Source: Somniosus microcephalus
Taxonomy: Eukaryota
DNA: 64,000 nucleotides
Assembly (NCBI GenBank): GCA_052327205.1
Contig: CM126220.1
Coordinates: 11,098,001 to 11,162,000, forward strand
Direction: 5' to 3'
Under the pieces are notes generated by a model. The model saw only the letters and a list, made by a program, of their open reading frames with translations, was not told the origin of the DNA and searched no databases. A program made the position numbers and the translations under genes. Below, piece after piece: positions 53,843 through 63,189 of this stretch (position 1 is the stretch's first letter; every line of letters begins with the position of its first letter).

Positions 53843-54308
53843 GTGTCAGCTGTGGCTCAGTGGGCAGCACCCTCGCCTCTGAATCAGAAGGTTGAGAGTT
53901 CAAGTCCTACTCCAGGGACTTGAGCACAAAAATCTAGGCTGACACTCCAGTGCAGTGCCAAGGGAGTGCTGCACTGTCGGAGGTGCCATCTTTCGGATGA
54001 GAAGTTAAACCGAGGCCCCGTCTGCTCTCTCAGGTGGATGTAAAAGATCCCATGGCACTATTTCAAAGAAGAGCAGGGGAGTTCTCCCCAGTGTCCTGGC
54101 CAATATTTATCCCTCAACCAACATAACAAAAACAGATTATCCGGTCATTATCACATTGCTGTTTGTGGGACCTTGCTTTGCGCTAATTGGCTGCCGCGTT
54201 TCCCACATTACAACAGTGACTACACTTCAAAAGTACTTTATTGGCTGTAAAGTGCTTTGAGACGTCCGGTGGTCATGAAAGATACTATATAAATGCAAGT
54301 CTTTCTTT
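53843..54308 (+). mobile_element. SacSINE1/DeuSINE-like SINE, full length
   Basis: Same head, Deu-like body and L2-type tail as the 25243 copy. Confidence 0.92.
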
Positions 54309-54732
54309 AAATCGTGAATCCAGGACATCTTCCGGTTCCTGTGCAATTGATAGTAACTGTCCTGCACCAGTGCTTCATTTTCATAGTGTCAAATAACCCG
54401 CATCAAATGTCACAATGGTAAGAAAAACTATTTTAAAATAAATTACTAACCTATTTATTTTAAACAAGAAAATGCCTCCTAGTTTACAAATTTTGCAATT
54501 ATATACTTCAAACTCAGTTGGGTTGCAACCTTGTAATTTACTTAGAGCTATCCATTATTCACAACTTGAGAAATTCATCACCAGCAAACGTGGAAATTCT
54601 GCTAGCCTAGGGCTGACGTGTCCACTTGTGTTGCAAGGTAAGGCACTAATCCAAGGGGAGAGAGAAAGATGATTAGCTGGGCCAGTGTGGTGGGGGAGGG
54701 GTTCTCTTTACACTTGTGTTTGAAGAAACATA

Positions 54733-54910
54733 GGGTTAACTTATCAGGTCGATGACCTTTCGTCAGGGTTCTGACAAACAAGTCATCAACCTGAAACGTT
54801 AACCCCACGTGTCTCTCGCTCCACAGATGCTGCCTGACCTGCTGAGTGTTTCCAGCACACTTCAGTTTTTATATCCGATTTCCAGCATCCGCAGTGTTTT
54901 GTTTTTTGTA
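54733..54910 (+). mobile_element. Penelope-like terminal fragment with two opposed hammerhead-like motifs
   Basis: GTTAACTTATCAGGTCGATGACCTTTCGTCAG-GGTT-CTGACAAACAAGTCATCAACCTGAAACGTTAAC plus the common tail. Confidence 0.65.
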
Positions 54911-55839
54911 GCGGTGTACGGGGTTGATTTAAAGTTAAGTTTTTTAATTAATCAATTTTTTTTTTAATGCTAACTTTTTAGTTGTTTGGTGAAATGTTAG
55001 ATGAATACATCATCTGTTACAGGTGGGATTAAGTGAAAAATGTAATGTGAGGATTCACTAAAATAGTGCCAGAAATGAAAGGTTGTAATTGCAAAGGAAG
55101 ACTTTGGAAAAATTGGAGTTCTTTTCACTGGAAGAGAAGAGGTTAGGGGGATAGGTACCAAAAGGTTTACAAAATTCTGTAAGATTTTGGTTGGATAGGT
55201 AGTTTTCACTGACTACCCGGTAACAAGGGGACATAAATTCAGGATTATCACTATTAGTGAGCTCTCTCTGGCTTCACTAATGGGACCTTTTATTTCTGTC
55301 CTACACATTGTGCTTCAGAGCAAAGTTGTGAGAATGTTTCAAACGTTTGCAATCCATTTGAACATTTTGCTTGATGCATCAAAGTAAAATTTGCACATCA
55401 AGTGTCAAACCTTACGAACTGCACTTGTTGTTACGTGTGAACAGCAGCTCATTAAAAACAAGATGCAGCTCTGTGAATCTATGAGCAAAAATTAGACTTG
55501 GAAGCCTAACATTCTGAAACTTCTCTGAAGTATGTGTTTCACTCTACATTTAAACATTGCAAAATCTCACCTAAACATGACGAGACATATTCTGAATAAT
55601 TAAGAATTTTGCAATACTGCAAAGCAATGTGTATGTTTTCCAGCACATCTCTTGGAATTTAATTGAAGAGCTTTAATTTATTTGCTTTAGTGCTCCCCGT
55701 AATTGGACTCGAGTAAACAGGATCAGAGCAACCATTTCCACATCACTTTTCTGATCAGTAGCCAAGTCAAGACGCACATTCAAATGTGACCTAGCTTCAC
55801 TATTCTAAATCACATTTACTTTCTAATTTATAGCTTTGT

Positions 55840-56250
55840 AAAAAATACAGCACAGGAGGAAGCCATTCGGCCCATCAAGCCTGTGCTGGTACTAGCTCTT
55901 CAACTGGAGGTATCTACTGCAATCCCATTTCCCTGCCCTTTCCCCATATCCCTTGGTCTTCCCTTTCATATACTTATCCAATTCCCTTTTCAATAAGAGA
56001 TTCTGCCTCAGTAGTTCCCTGTAATTAATTCCATGTTCTAATACCCTCTATGATAAATATTTGTACCTTGCCCTTTTGTTCTCTTAATAATAATCCTGAG
56101 TACCTGCCCTGTAGCTACCGACGTGCCAACCAGCAGAATCAATCACCGTTCACTCAACAAAATCTTAAATTTCAATTTTTATCCCCATTCACTATTTCTA
56201 TTCCAGTGGAAAAACGATCCAATTTATCAAGTCTTTGTGCATAACTATAT
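55840..56250 (-). mobile_element. Decayed CR1 3' fragment
   Basis: ACAGCACAGGAGGAAGCCATTCGGCCCATC start followed by a pyrimidine-rich CR1 antisense body. Confidence 0.65.
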
Positions 56251-56254
56251 CTAG

Positions 56255-56590
56255 TTCGCCTTCTCCCATCCTGGTCGTCGCATGACACAACGATAATGGA
56301 ATTGTTGACAAATCACAGCGATCAATTCATCTACAACAGACCCAGACATGAGGTGAGGAAAACCCCCAGTGGTGGAGAGCTTTGGGAACCTGAGGTTCAA
56401 AGTCACCTGTTCCTCCCGAGCTCGCTACGCTCACCCCATGTCATGTCTCACATTACTCATATACTGGATCCCAAAGTGTTAATTTCTGAAAGAAATCTAT
56501 TTAATTTGCATTTGAACGAGTCAATACTAACTTGCCATTGTCTCCCTAGGGAGCCTGTTCCATAGATTGACCCCTAGCTCACTGAAATAT
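56255..56590 (-). mobile_element. CR1-type 3' fragment, inverted homolog of 63190-63555
   Basis: GAGGTGAGGAAAACCCCCAGTGGTGGAGAGCTTTGGGAACC is the reverse complement of about 63376-63417. Confidence 0.8.
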
Positions 56591-56591
56591 T

Positions 56592-57529
56592 GGCCCCGAT
56601 ATTAATGGGGAGGTGTTGGGGGGGAGCGGGAAAACCCCAGCAAAGCTGGGGACGTGGAGGTCCTGCAGGACCATCTAATTTGACAGGCTGGCCGGCTGCA
56701 GAGCAGGAAAACTAGCGGTAGGCAGCCGCAGCCGGTGACCCTTGGAAACGGTCATCGGCGGGGCGGTGGGTGTGGGAGTGAGAGATCATCAGGGCTGGGT
56801 GGGGGGAGGGAGAGAAAGGCCATTGTGGCAGGGGGTTGTGTTAGGGCATGTCAGCAGAGGGAAGGCCGAAGGCTTCCTTGAGGAGCCAGGGAGGGGGTTG
56901 TGTTAGGGCATGTCAGCAGAGGGAAGGCCGAAGGCTTCCTTGAGGAGCCAGGGAGGGGGTTGTGTTAGGGCATGTCAGCAGAGGGAAGGCCGAAGGCTTC
57001 CTTGAGGAGCCAGGGAGGGGGTTGTGTTAGGGCATGTCAGCAGAGGGAAGGCCGAAGGCTTCCTTGAGGAGCCAGGGAGGGGGTTGTGTTAGGGCATGTC
57101 AGCAGAGGGAAGGCCGAAGGCTTCCTTGAGGAGCCAGGGAGGGGGTTGTGTTAGGGCATGTCAGCAGAGGGAAGGCCGAAGGCTTCCTTGAGGAGCCAGG
57201 GAGAGCATTCCTGCTCATCCTGGCCCACAAGGAGCGCTGTGAAAGACACCTTGTTGAACCGGCAGCTCCCGCCTCCTTTTCACTGCCGTGTTTCCCGAGC
57301 CTTGGGAAACCCGCGCAGCAACTGTTAAATTTAAATCGGGCTCCCAATTGCACTGCCTGAAGTGCCCCACCTCTCGACAGCAGGACACTTCCACGACACG
57401 AAACCCACCGCCATAAAAACAGCAATGGGTACGTAATGGAGTGGGTTGGGGGACGCGTTCCCCATTTCTAAATTTTTCACCCACCCGGCAACCCCCTCCG
57501 CCCATCGTGGGGCGGTTATTGTCAAGGCC
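56592..57529. mobile_element. GC-rich non-autonomous DNA transposon-like element with imperfect TIRs, hosting the 62-bp array
   Basis: att|GGCCCCGATATTAA ... TTATTGTCAAGGCC|aat; G-rich left arm, C-rich right arm. Confidence 0.5.
56831..57202 (+). repeat. Perfect tandem array, 6 x 62 bp
   Basis: Unit GGGGGTTGTGTTAGGGCATGTCAGCAGAGGGAAGGCCGAAGGCTTCCTTGAGGAGCCAGGGA; TTAGGG at 56841, 56903, 56965, 57027, 57089 and 57151. Confidence 0.97.
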
Positions 57530-58208
57530 AATGTGTCCGCAGATTATTTTTGACTTTTAACAACTTCAAGACATTAACTATAAGACCCAATTTTCTCTTG
57601 AGCAGGAAGTGCTGCCGATGTGAGATGGGTGTGCGACATTTCCCAAGGTGCGGAAGGAGGGAGGGAGTTGGTACTTGGGGTGGGGACCCTCCATCGGGAC
57701 ACCATGACGGCTGGGTGTTCTGCACCTTTGGTGTCGAACTGCTTTTTTTCTTCTCCCAGGCATCTGGACGGTTGCAACCTGCTGCACTTTGTCAGTTTCT
57801 CTGCTTCCCTGCCTCAGGCCCACCTCCTGCAGCTATTCACACGTATCTGTGCCCTGGATTTGTCTTTTATTTATTTGATTTCTCTCATTAAGCCTCCTAT
57901 TGCCTCATGTTAATATCTCTTCTGACATTTATTCACCTCCTGTTTTCCACTTTACAGAGCATTCATTTTTTTTGGTCATGCCCTTCCCCTCTACCTTTTG
58001 TTCTGTTTATTTTTTAAATGCGGTTCACCTGTAATATCTTCCAGTTTTGACAACAGGTCCGCACCCAAAACAGCGATTCCTTTGTTCTCTCCACAGATGC
58101 TGCCTGATCTCGAGTGTTTCCGGCATTTTCTGTTTCAGTGGAGTTGAACTGTTTAAAGCACAAAACCTTCATTATTTTACCTCCGGATAATAAATGGGTC
58201 GTCATTTG

Positions 58209-58343
58209 CAATGTTCCCTTTAATTTTTTCATTGGGCCGCGCAGCCCATTCAAAATTCCGCAGTTTTCCCCTTTAAAAGCCCGTGAGTTGCCGCACGGGA
58301 CTTCCAGAGCGCTGTGCGGCCGCGTGGCTTAAAGGGAACATTG
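58209..58343. mobile_element. hAT-type MITE, copy 4
   Basis: CAATGTTCCCTTTAA...TTAAAGGGAACATTG; TSD GTCATTTG / GTCGTTTG (7 of 8 match). Confidence 0.9.
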
Positions 58344-58398
58344 GTCGTTTGTGTTGGAAGCGTTGGAGCAATTCCCTTCAGAAGAATCATAAAACCAG

Positions 58399-58631
58399 TG
58401 TGGTAAACCACTGTTATTGTATATTGTTACCTCTGGGTGGCGCTGTGTACCAAGGCATGCCTCAGCTGACTCCGCCCACATGACCAGGTATAAAGGTGGG
58501 GGTTTCGCCGACTCACTTCCTTCTTGGAACCAGCCACCCACGAGAGGCATGCTCTGTTCTCTAGTTAATAAAAGCCTTTTCATCACCTTCCTGATTCATC
58601 GTCTTTTATGGAGTAATTGATAAGCGTATCA
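58399..58631 (+). repeat. 5' LTR (233 bp): GC box 58472-58477, TATAAA 58489-58494, AATAAA 58567-58572
   Basis: Identical by eye to the 3' LTR (offset 4100). Confidence 0.97.
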
Positions 58632-58632
58632 A

Positions 58633-58646
58633 TTTTATTAACTAGA
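58633..58646 (+). promoter_or_regulatory. Non-tRNA primer-binding site, complementary to the element's own LTR
   Basis: TTTTATTAACTAGA is the reverse complement of TCTAGTTAATAAAA (58560-58573); no TGG start. Confidence 0.8.
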
Positions 58647-58652
58647 AGTAAA

Positions 58653-61600
58653 ATGGCGACACCTGAACAGCAACAACAGCAGGCGTTGCTGCGAGCCCTC
58701 AGACCGGCATGCCTGGACCTCGACCCTCAAGCAGCGGGTTCATCAACCAATTTCGAACACTGGCTGAGCTGCTTTGAATCCTTCCTAGGAGCCTCCGCCG
58801 TGACATCGGAGGAGAACAAACTAAAAGTTTTGACCGCCCAGGTGAGCCCTCAAGTATATACGCTCATCCGGGACGCTACTACGTACACGGCGGCCCTCGA
58901 ACTACTAAAAGGGCAATACACACGCCGAGTGAACACGATTTACGCCAGACACCTCTTGGGATCCCGCAGGCAGCAACCGGGGGAATCGGTAGAGGCATTT
59001 TTACGGGCGTTACAGACACTCTGCAGAGACTGCGACTGTAAGGAGGTAACGGCTGCGGGGCACGCGGAGGGACTTACTTGTGATGCCTTCGTCAGGGGCC
59101 TCCAGTCCGACTACTCCCGGCAGAGACTGCTCGAAAGCAAGGAGCTCGACCTGAAGATGGCCGTAGCCCTTGCGCTCTCGCTAGATGCGGCCCACCGAAA
59201 CCTCGAAGCATACTCACGTAACGGCGCCGCGCCATGGCCATCGCGACCGTGGGACATGGGACCGCTGCCCCCGGCACCAACTGCTGCAGCGATGTCCCGA
59301 AATCAACTGGGACAGCCGCCCCCGGTAAGAACCGCAGCGATGCCCCGTAACCAGGCCCAAAAATGCTATTTCTGTGGCCAGTTAAAACACCCTAGAGCGC
59401 ACTGCCCGGCTAAGACCGCTACCTGCTCGGGCTGCGGGAAGAAAGGCCATTACGCCAATGCCTGCAGGGGGAAACCAGCGAACGCCAGCAGCGCCGCGTG
59501 CGAACCATGGGGGCAGCCATCTTATCCGCCATTTTGTGCACCTCCGGCCGCATGGCCGCCGCCATTTTATTCGCCCCACTCAACCGCCACTTCGTCTCCG
59601 GACTCGACCACCGTCTCGTCGGACGACCATACCGACTCACTAAGCCATACACTGGCCTCCGTTACGCTGGATCAAGCCCTCCCTCATCATCTATCCAGCT
59701 CCATGATGGATATCACGGTAAACGGCCGCGCCACCACTTGCCTAATCGACAGCGGGAGCACAGAGAGTTTTATTCACCCAGACACGGTACGTAGCCACTC
59801 CCTCACGGTCCTACCGACGTGCCATCGGATTTCTATGGCGTCCAAGTCCCATTCAATGGACGTCGGCGGCTACTGTGTGGTGACCCTTTCGGTTGGGGGC
59901 ACAGAATATAAAAATTTTAAACTTCTAGTCCTGCCCCGTCTCTGCGCTGCCGTGCTGCTAGGGTTGGATTTTCAGTGCCACCTTAAAAGTGTCACATTAG
60001 CATACGGTGGACCCCTCCCCCCACTCACAGTCTGCAACCAACACCTTTTAAATCGCCCGCCGCAAACCACCTGCAGCCTTTCCACACTAAAAGTCCCCCC
60101 CCCTCCCTTGTTCGCTAACCTCACCCACGACTGTAAACCCATCGCTACCAAGAGCAGGCGGTACAGCGCCGGGGACAGAGCTTTCATTAGCTCTGAGGTG
60201 GAGCGGCTCTTGAAGGAGGGCATTATCGAAGGGAGCACTAGCCCCTGGCGAGCCCAGGTTGTAGTCGTTAAAACCACTGATAAACGCCGCCTGGTCATTG
60301 ACTACAGCCAAACCATAAACCGGTACACTCAGCTGGACGCATACCCCCTTCCTCGCACATCTGATATGGTCAACCAGATTGCGCAATACAAAGTATTCTC
60401 CACCATTGACCTTAAGTCAGCATACCACCAGCTCCCCATCCGCCATGAGGACCGCCAGTATACTGCCTTCGAGGCGAACGGCCGCCTCTACCACTTCCTT
60501 AGGGTTCCCTTCGGCGTCACCAACGGGGTTTCGGTCTTCCAAAGGGAGATGGACCGGATGGTTGACGAGAACGCGCTGCAGGCCACCTTTCCCTATCTGG
60601 ATAACGTCACCATCTGTGGCAACGACCAGCAGGACCATGACGTTAATCTAGAAAAATTCCTCCGTACGGCCCAACGGCTGAACCTAACGTACAATAAAGA
60701 GAAATGTATGTTTCGCACCAAACGCCTCGCCATTCTCGGCTGCATGGTGGAGAACGGAGTCATCGGGCCCGACCCCGACAGAATGCGCCCCCTAATGGAG
60801 CTACCCCTCCCCCACTGCCAAAAAGCACTGAAGAGATGCCTGGGGTTTTTCTCCTACTATGCCCAGTGGGTTCCCCACTATGCAGACAAAGCTAGACCCC
60901 TCATCAAATCCACCTCCTTCCCCCTGACATCAGAGGCGTGTGCAGCCTTCACTCTTATCAAGAGCGATATCGCGAAGGCCACAATGCACGCAGTGGATGA
61001 GTCGATCCCCTTCCAAGTGGAGAGCGATGCATCCGACTTCGCCCTAGCTGCGACCCTTAACCAGGCGGGCAGACCCGTGGCCTTTTTCTCAAGGACCCTC
61101 CAGGGCCCCGAGACCCAACACTCCTCTGTCGAAAAGGAGGCCCAGGCTATTGTGGAAGCGGTGCGTCACTGGAGGCATTACCTGGCCGGAAAACGGTTTA
61201 CCCTGCTCACTGACCAGCGTTCAGTAGCTTTTATGTTTAATAATAAGCAGAGGGGCAAAATCAAGAACGACAAGATCTTGAGGTGGAGAATCGAACTCTC
61301 CACCTACAATTATGATATCTTGTACCGGCCCGGGAAACTAAATGAGCCCCCAGATGCCCTATCACGTGGTACATGCGCCAACGCGCAGGTTGGTAGACTG
61401 CAGACCCTCCACAATGACCTCTGCCACCCGGGGGTCACCAGGTTCTTCCATTTCATCAAATCCCGTAACCTGCCCTACTCCATCGAGGAGGTCAGGACCA
61501 TGACCAGGAACTGCCAAATCTGTGCCAAGTGCAAACCGCACTTTTATAGGCCGGACAGAGCAAGCCTGATCAAGGCCACTCGCCCCTTCGAGCGCCTGAG

Positions 61601-62456
61601 CGTCGATTTTAAAGGGCCCCTCCCCTCCTCTGACCGCAATGTGTACTCCCTCAACATAATTGATGAGTACTCCCGTTTCCCGTTTGCCATCCCTTGCCCA
61701 GACATGACCAGTACCACGGTCATCAAATGTCTGAATGACCTCTTCGCCTTGTTCGGGTTCCCTAGCTATATACATAGCGACAGGGGCTCATCTTTCATGA
61801 GCGACGAACTTCGGCAGTACCTGCTAGCGAGAGGCATTGCTACGAGCAGAACCACCAGCTACAACCCCCGGGGGAACGGCCAGGTGGAAAGAGAGAACGC
61901 GACGGTTTGGAAGGCCGTCCTCTTAGCCTTAAAATCTAAGGGCCTTCCGACCTCTCGCTGGCAGGAGGTCCTCCCTGCGGCGCTCCACTCCATCCGGTCA
62001 CTGCTTTGTACTGCCACTAATGCCACCCCTCATGAGCAAATGTTCGTTTTCCCCAGGAAGTCCACATCGGGAACCTCGCTACCGGCATGGCTGACTTCTC
62101 CTGGGCCTGTCCTACTGCGGAGGCACGTAAGGACCCATAAAACGGACCCCCTGGTCGAGAGGGTGCACCTCCTACACGCCAACCCCCGGTATGCCTGGGT
62201 GACATACCCAGACGGGCGGGAGGACACGGTCTCCATACGAGATCTCGCACCCTCGGGTACCCCTGAACTACCACCGTTATCCCCCACCACCCCTCCCAAT
62301 CCAACCCCTGTAGACGACATGCCGGAGCCCCAGGACCCTTCGTTGACCACCCAGACACCAGATCCGACGTTGGATGCTGCAACACCGCCGCCGCCACCAC
62401 GACGATCAGGACGTCAGACAAGGCCTCCTGATAGACTTAACTACACGAACTTGTAG
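58653..62456 (+). CDS. Gag-Pol polyprotein, 1267 aa, single uninterrupted ORF
   Basis: First ATG (AAAATGG) at 58653. Two CX2CX4HX4C knuckles (CYFCGQLKHPRAHC, CSGCGKKGHYANAC); protease LIDSGS; RT IDLKSAYHQ / PFG / YLDN; RNase H SDAS, EKEA, TDQ, DALSR; integrase HHCC with D (VDFKG), D (HSDRG) and E (NGQVER). No env or chromodomain. Confidence 0.97.
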   Translation: MATPEQQQQQALLRALRPACLDLDPQAAGSSTNFEHWLSCFESFLGASAVTSEENKLKVLTAQVSPQVYTLIRDATTYTAALELLKGQYTRRVNTIYARHLLGSRRQQPGESVEAFLRALQTLCRDCDCKEVTAAGHAEGLTCDAFVRGLQSDYSRQRLLESKELDLKMAVALALSLDAAHRNLEAYSRNGAAPWPSRPWDMGPLPPAPTAAAMSRNQLGQPPPVRTAAMPRNQAQKCYFCGQLKHPRAHCPAKTATCSGCGKKGHYANACRGKPANASSAACEPWGQPSYPPFCAPPAAWPPPFYSPHSTATSSPDSTTVSSDDHTDSLSHTLASVTLDQALPHHLSSSMMDITVNGRATTCLIDSGSTESFIHPDTVRSHSLTVLPTCHRISMASKSHSMDVGGYCVVTLSVGGTEYKNFKLLVLPRLCAAVLLGLDFQCHLKSVTLAYGGPLPPLTVCNQHLLNRPPQTTCSLSTLKVPPPPLFANLTHDCKPIATKSRRYSAGDRAFISSEVERLLKEGIIEGSTSPWRAQVVVVKTTDKRRLVIDYSQTINRYTQLDAYPLPRTSDMVNQIAQYKVFSTIDLKSAYHQLPIRHEDRQYTAFEANGRLYHFLRVPFGVTNGVSVFQREMDRMVDENALQATFPYLDNVTICGNDQQDHDVNLEKFLRTAQRLNLTYNKEKCMFRTKRLAILGCMVENGVIGPDPDRMRPLMELPLPHCQKALKRCLGFFSYYAQWVPHYADKARPLIKSTSFPLTSEACAAFTLIKSDIAKATMHAVDESIPFQVESDASDFALAATLNQAGRPVAFFSRTLQGPETQHSSVEKEAQAIVEAVRHWRHYLAGKRFTLLTDQRSVAFMFNNKQRGKIKNDKILRWRIELSTYNYDILYRPGKLNEPPDALSRGTCANAQVGRLQTLHNDLCHPGVTRFFHFIKSRNLPYSIEEVRTMTRNCQICAKCKPHFYRPDRASLIKATRPFERLSVDFKGPLPSSDRNVYSLNIIDEYSRFPFAIPCPDMTSTTVIKCLNDLFALFGFPSYIHSDRGSSFMSDELRQYLLARGIATSRTTSYNPRGNGQVERENATVWKAVLLALKSKGLPTSRWQEVLPAALHSIRSLLCTATNATPHEQMFVFPRKSTSGTSLPAWLTSPGPVLLRRHVRTHKTDPLVERVHLLHANPRYAWVTYPDGREDTVSIRDLAPSGTPELPPLSPTTPPNPTPVDDMPEPQDPSLTTQTPDPTLDAATPPPPPRRSGRQTRPPDRLNYTNL

Positions 62457-62484
62457 TACCCTTCACCCCGCCGGACTTAATTTT

Positions 62485-62498
62485 AAACAAGGGGTGAA
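62485..62498 (+). promoter_or_regulatory. Polypurine tract
   Basis: AAACAAGGGGTGAA immediately before the 3' LTR. Confidence 0.85.
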
Positions 62499-62731
62499 TG
62501 TGGTAAACCACTGTTATTGTATATTGTTACCTCTGGGTGGCGCTGTGTACCAAGGCATGCCTCAGCTGACTCCGCCCACATGACCAGGTATAAAGGTGGG
62601 GGTTTCGCCGACTCACTTCCTTCTTGGAACCAGCCACCCACGAGAGGCATGCTCTGTTCTCTAGTTAATAAAAGCCTTTTCATCACCTTCCTGATTCATC
62701 GTCTTTTATGGAGTAATTGATAAGCGTATCA
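62499..62731 (+). repeat. 3' LTR (233 bp)
   Basis: TGTGGTAAACC...GCGTATCA followed by TSD ACCAG. Confidence 0.97.
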
Positions 62732-63189
62732 ACCAGCTAATGTGCCCCCGACACTCCTGCGATGTCAAGTGACTCCGAGAGCAAATTGGACACTAGGCCA
62801 TTGTAAGAGGCCCCTGTGCAGTGACTGACTGAATGTACCAACCACTCTGGATAAAGTAGCAGCGACAGTTTGGGCACAACACCCAACTCCTGCTCTGCAC
62901 ATCCGATCAAACCATTGATTCAAGGGCCGGGTTATTCCACCTCCCTCCATCAAGTTTTACGGGGAAGTGGGGCAGTCAGTGGCCCCCAAAATTATTTGCG
63001 TGATGCCGGGGACCAGGATATATACGATAGACTGACCTCTCACCATCCAAAAGATTCACCTTAATTCCACAATAGCAGAAAATCTAGCCCATTTTTAGGT
63101 GCGTTAAGATTTGTACTAGAAATGGTGAAAAATCTTACCTATTCCATATTCAGTTTAATATATATATATATTTTTTTTTTACAATGTTT

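Larger units (their letters stand above)
58399..62731 (+). mobile_element. Full-length Ty3/Gypsy LTR retrotransposon (4333 bp)
   Basis: TG...CA LTRs at 58399-58631 and 62499-62731; TSD ACCAG (58394-58398 and 62732-62736); PPT; PR-RT-RH-IN domain order. Confidence 0.98.

Noticed and set aside
56831-57202. Possible CRISPR-like array
   Set aside because: The units are contiguous and identical with no unique spacers, there are no cas genes, and the context is vertebrate.
58417-58620. 67-aa ORF repeated at 62517-62720, and antisense ORFs over gag-pol
   Set aside because: These are by-products of LTR duplication and GC-rich coding sequence, with no recognisable domains.
58617-58652. ORF-track start of the polyprotein at 58617
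   Set aside because: It is a TTG inside the LTR; the first ATG in good context is at 58653.
58399-62731. Endogenous retrovirus or domesticated gene
   Set aside because: There is no env, the motifs are Gypsy-type, and the LTRs are identical with a TSD, indicating a recent mobile copy.
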